Source: an uncultured Gemmatimonadaceae bacterium
GTDB lineage: Bacteria; Gemmatimonadota; Gemmatimonadetes; Gemmatimonadales; Gemmatimonadaceae
Reading direction: 5' to 3'
Length of the DNA stretch: 64,000 nt
Assembly: GCA_963790305.1 (NCBI GenBank)
Contig: CAWBOC010000005.1
Coordinates: 608,001-672,000 of the forward strand
Shown: positions 62,801-64,000 of the stretch, piece after piece
How the letters are laid out: each line of letters begins with the position of its first letter
How positions within the stretch are numbered: the first letter of the stretch is position 1
Translations under genes and position numbers: made by a program
Notes under the pieces: generated by a model
What the model was told of the DNA's origin: nothing
Databases searched by the model: none
The model's input: the letters and a program-made list of their open reading frames with translations, nothing else

Positions 62801-63988
62801 ACTCGTGCACCCGTCGAGCATGCGGACGCCACCCTCGCGCGCATCTTCCTCCTCCGGGGAGACCAGGATTGCGAGATCTGTCGAGCCCGCATCGAGGCCG
62901 GGCAGCAGACCGCTACGAGTGAGCCTGCGCTGCACCTTGTCGCCGCGGGCGGACTCCATGATGAGATCGGTGGTCTGCTTCATCGCGTGCCGCGCGATTC
63001 CGCGCTCCCCGTCGCCCAGGTCACACGCGAGGGCGTCCCGTACCTGGTCAACGACTGGCGGCAGGACGAGCGCTTCACGCGCGATGCTCGCATCGCCCAA
63101 CTCTGGACGGAGATGGACATTCTCGCCGTCGCCGGGTGTCCGCTGGACTTTCGCGGTGAGCGAATGGGAGCGATCGCATATCTCTGCCGGCGCGAGATCT
63201 CGAAGGAAGAATTCCAGATGCTGGGCATCTTCGCCGATCAGGCCCCGGCTGGCGTCGTGGAATCGGAGCTCTTCGGTCACGAGAAGGGTGCGTTCACCGG
63301 CGCGATTCAGAAGCGCATCGGCCGATTCGAGCTTGCCGACAAGGGCACCCTGTTCATGGATGAGGTGGGAGAGCTCACCCTCGATACGCAGGTGAAGCTG
63401 CTGCGCGTTCTCCAGGAGCAGGAGTTCGAGCGCGTGGGGAGCACGCAGGCGATCAAGGTCGACGTGCGGCTCATCGCGGCGACGAATCGCGATCTCGAGC
63501 GCGAGGTCGCCGAGCAACGCTTCCGGCCCGATCTGTTCTATCGCCTCAACGTCTTTCCGATCCGCGTTCCACCACTCCGCGAGCGGCCGAGTGACATCCC
63601 GGTTCTCGTCCAACACTTCCTCGCGCACTTTCAGCGCAAGCTCGGCAAGCCACTGAAAAGCCTGAAGCCCTCGAGCCTGGAGCAGATGCAGAAGTATCCG
63701 TGGCCGGGGAACATCCGCGAGCTCCAGAACGTGATGGAGCGGGCGTGCGTCCTTGCGCGGACCCCGGAGGTCGAGCTTCCCGACGCGCTGCGCACCTCCG
63801 CGTCGGTGCCGACGCGCTATTTGCGCTTCGCCACGCTCGACGAGAACGAGCGCGCGTGCATTCGCCGCGCGCTGGCGGCGGTCAAAGGCCGCATTCACGG
63901 CTCCCAGGGCGCCGCGGCATTGCTTGGGGTCAATCCCAGCACGCTCCGGTCCCGAATGCAGAAGCTGGGGATCACCAAGGACTCTTAA
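62801..63988 (+). pseudogene. Third GAF-AAA+ sigma54 activator, 5'-truncated and internally deleted
   Basis: FADQA is joined directly to [10 protein letters not shown]; Walker A is missing relative to the paralogs; no clear start. Confidence 0.75.
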
Positions 63989-64000
63989 CGCGAACGAGGA

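Overview
GC-rich bacterial chromosomal segment (roughly two-thirds G+C by eye). Gene content and style suggest Gemmatimonadota, which is an inference. No rRNA, tRNA, CRISPR, prophage or IS transposase was seen. About 55 CDS: envelope and lipoprotein genes, peptidases, a GltD-like/KorA/KorB operon, phhA, ppk2, a divergent SEDS-PBP pair, a CarH-like locus, and a sigma54-controlled efflux/redox island with three GAF-AAA+ activators. At least seven single-base frameshifts and recurrent CGATG>CAATG substitutions point to an imperfectly polished long-read assembly. Most notable: (1) a leaderless Tyr-rich leader peptide with terminator/antiterminator upstream of phenylalanine hydroxylase, a putative tyrosine-sensing attenuator; (2) a GxxExxY PD-(D/E)XK nuclease gene bracketed by the same repeat that forms dispersed hairpin elements, resembling a REP/RAYT system; (3) a compact RiPP-like operon (radical SAM, HPr-kinase-like protein, precursor with lasso-type leader, beta-propeller lipoprotein); (4) RND-TolC and DoxX-NDH-2 fusions; (5) a strongly iterated GTTAGG(C) motif.
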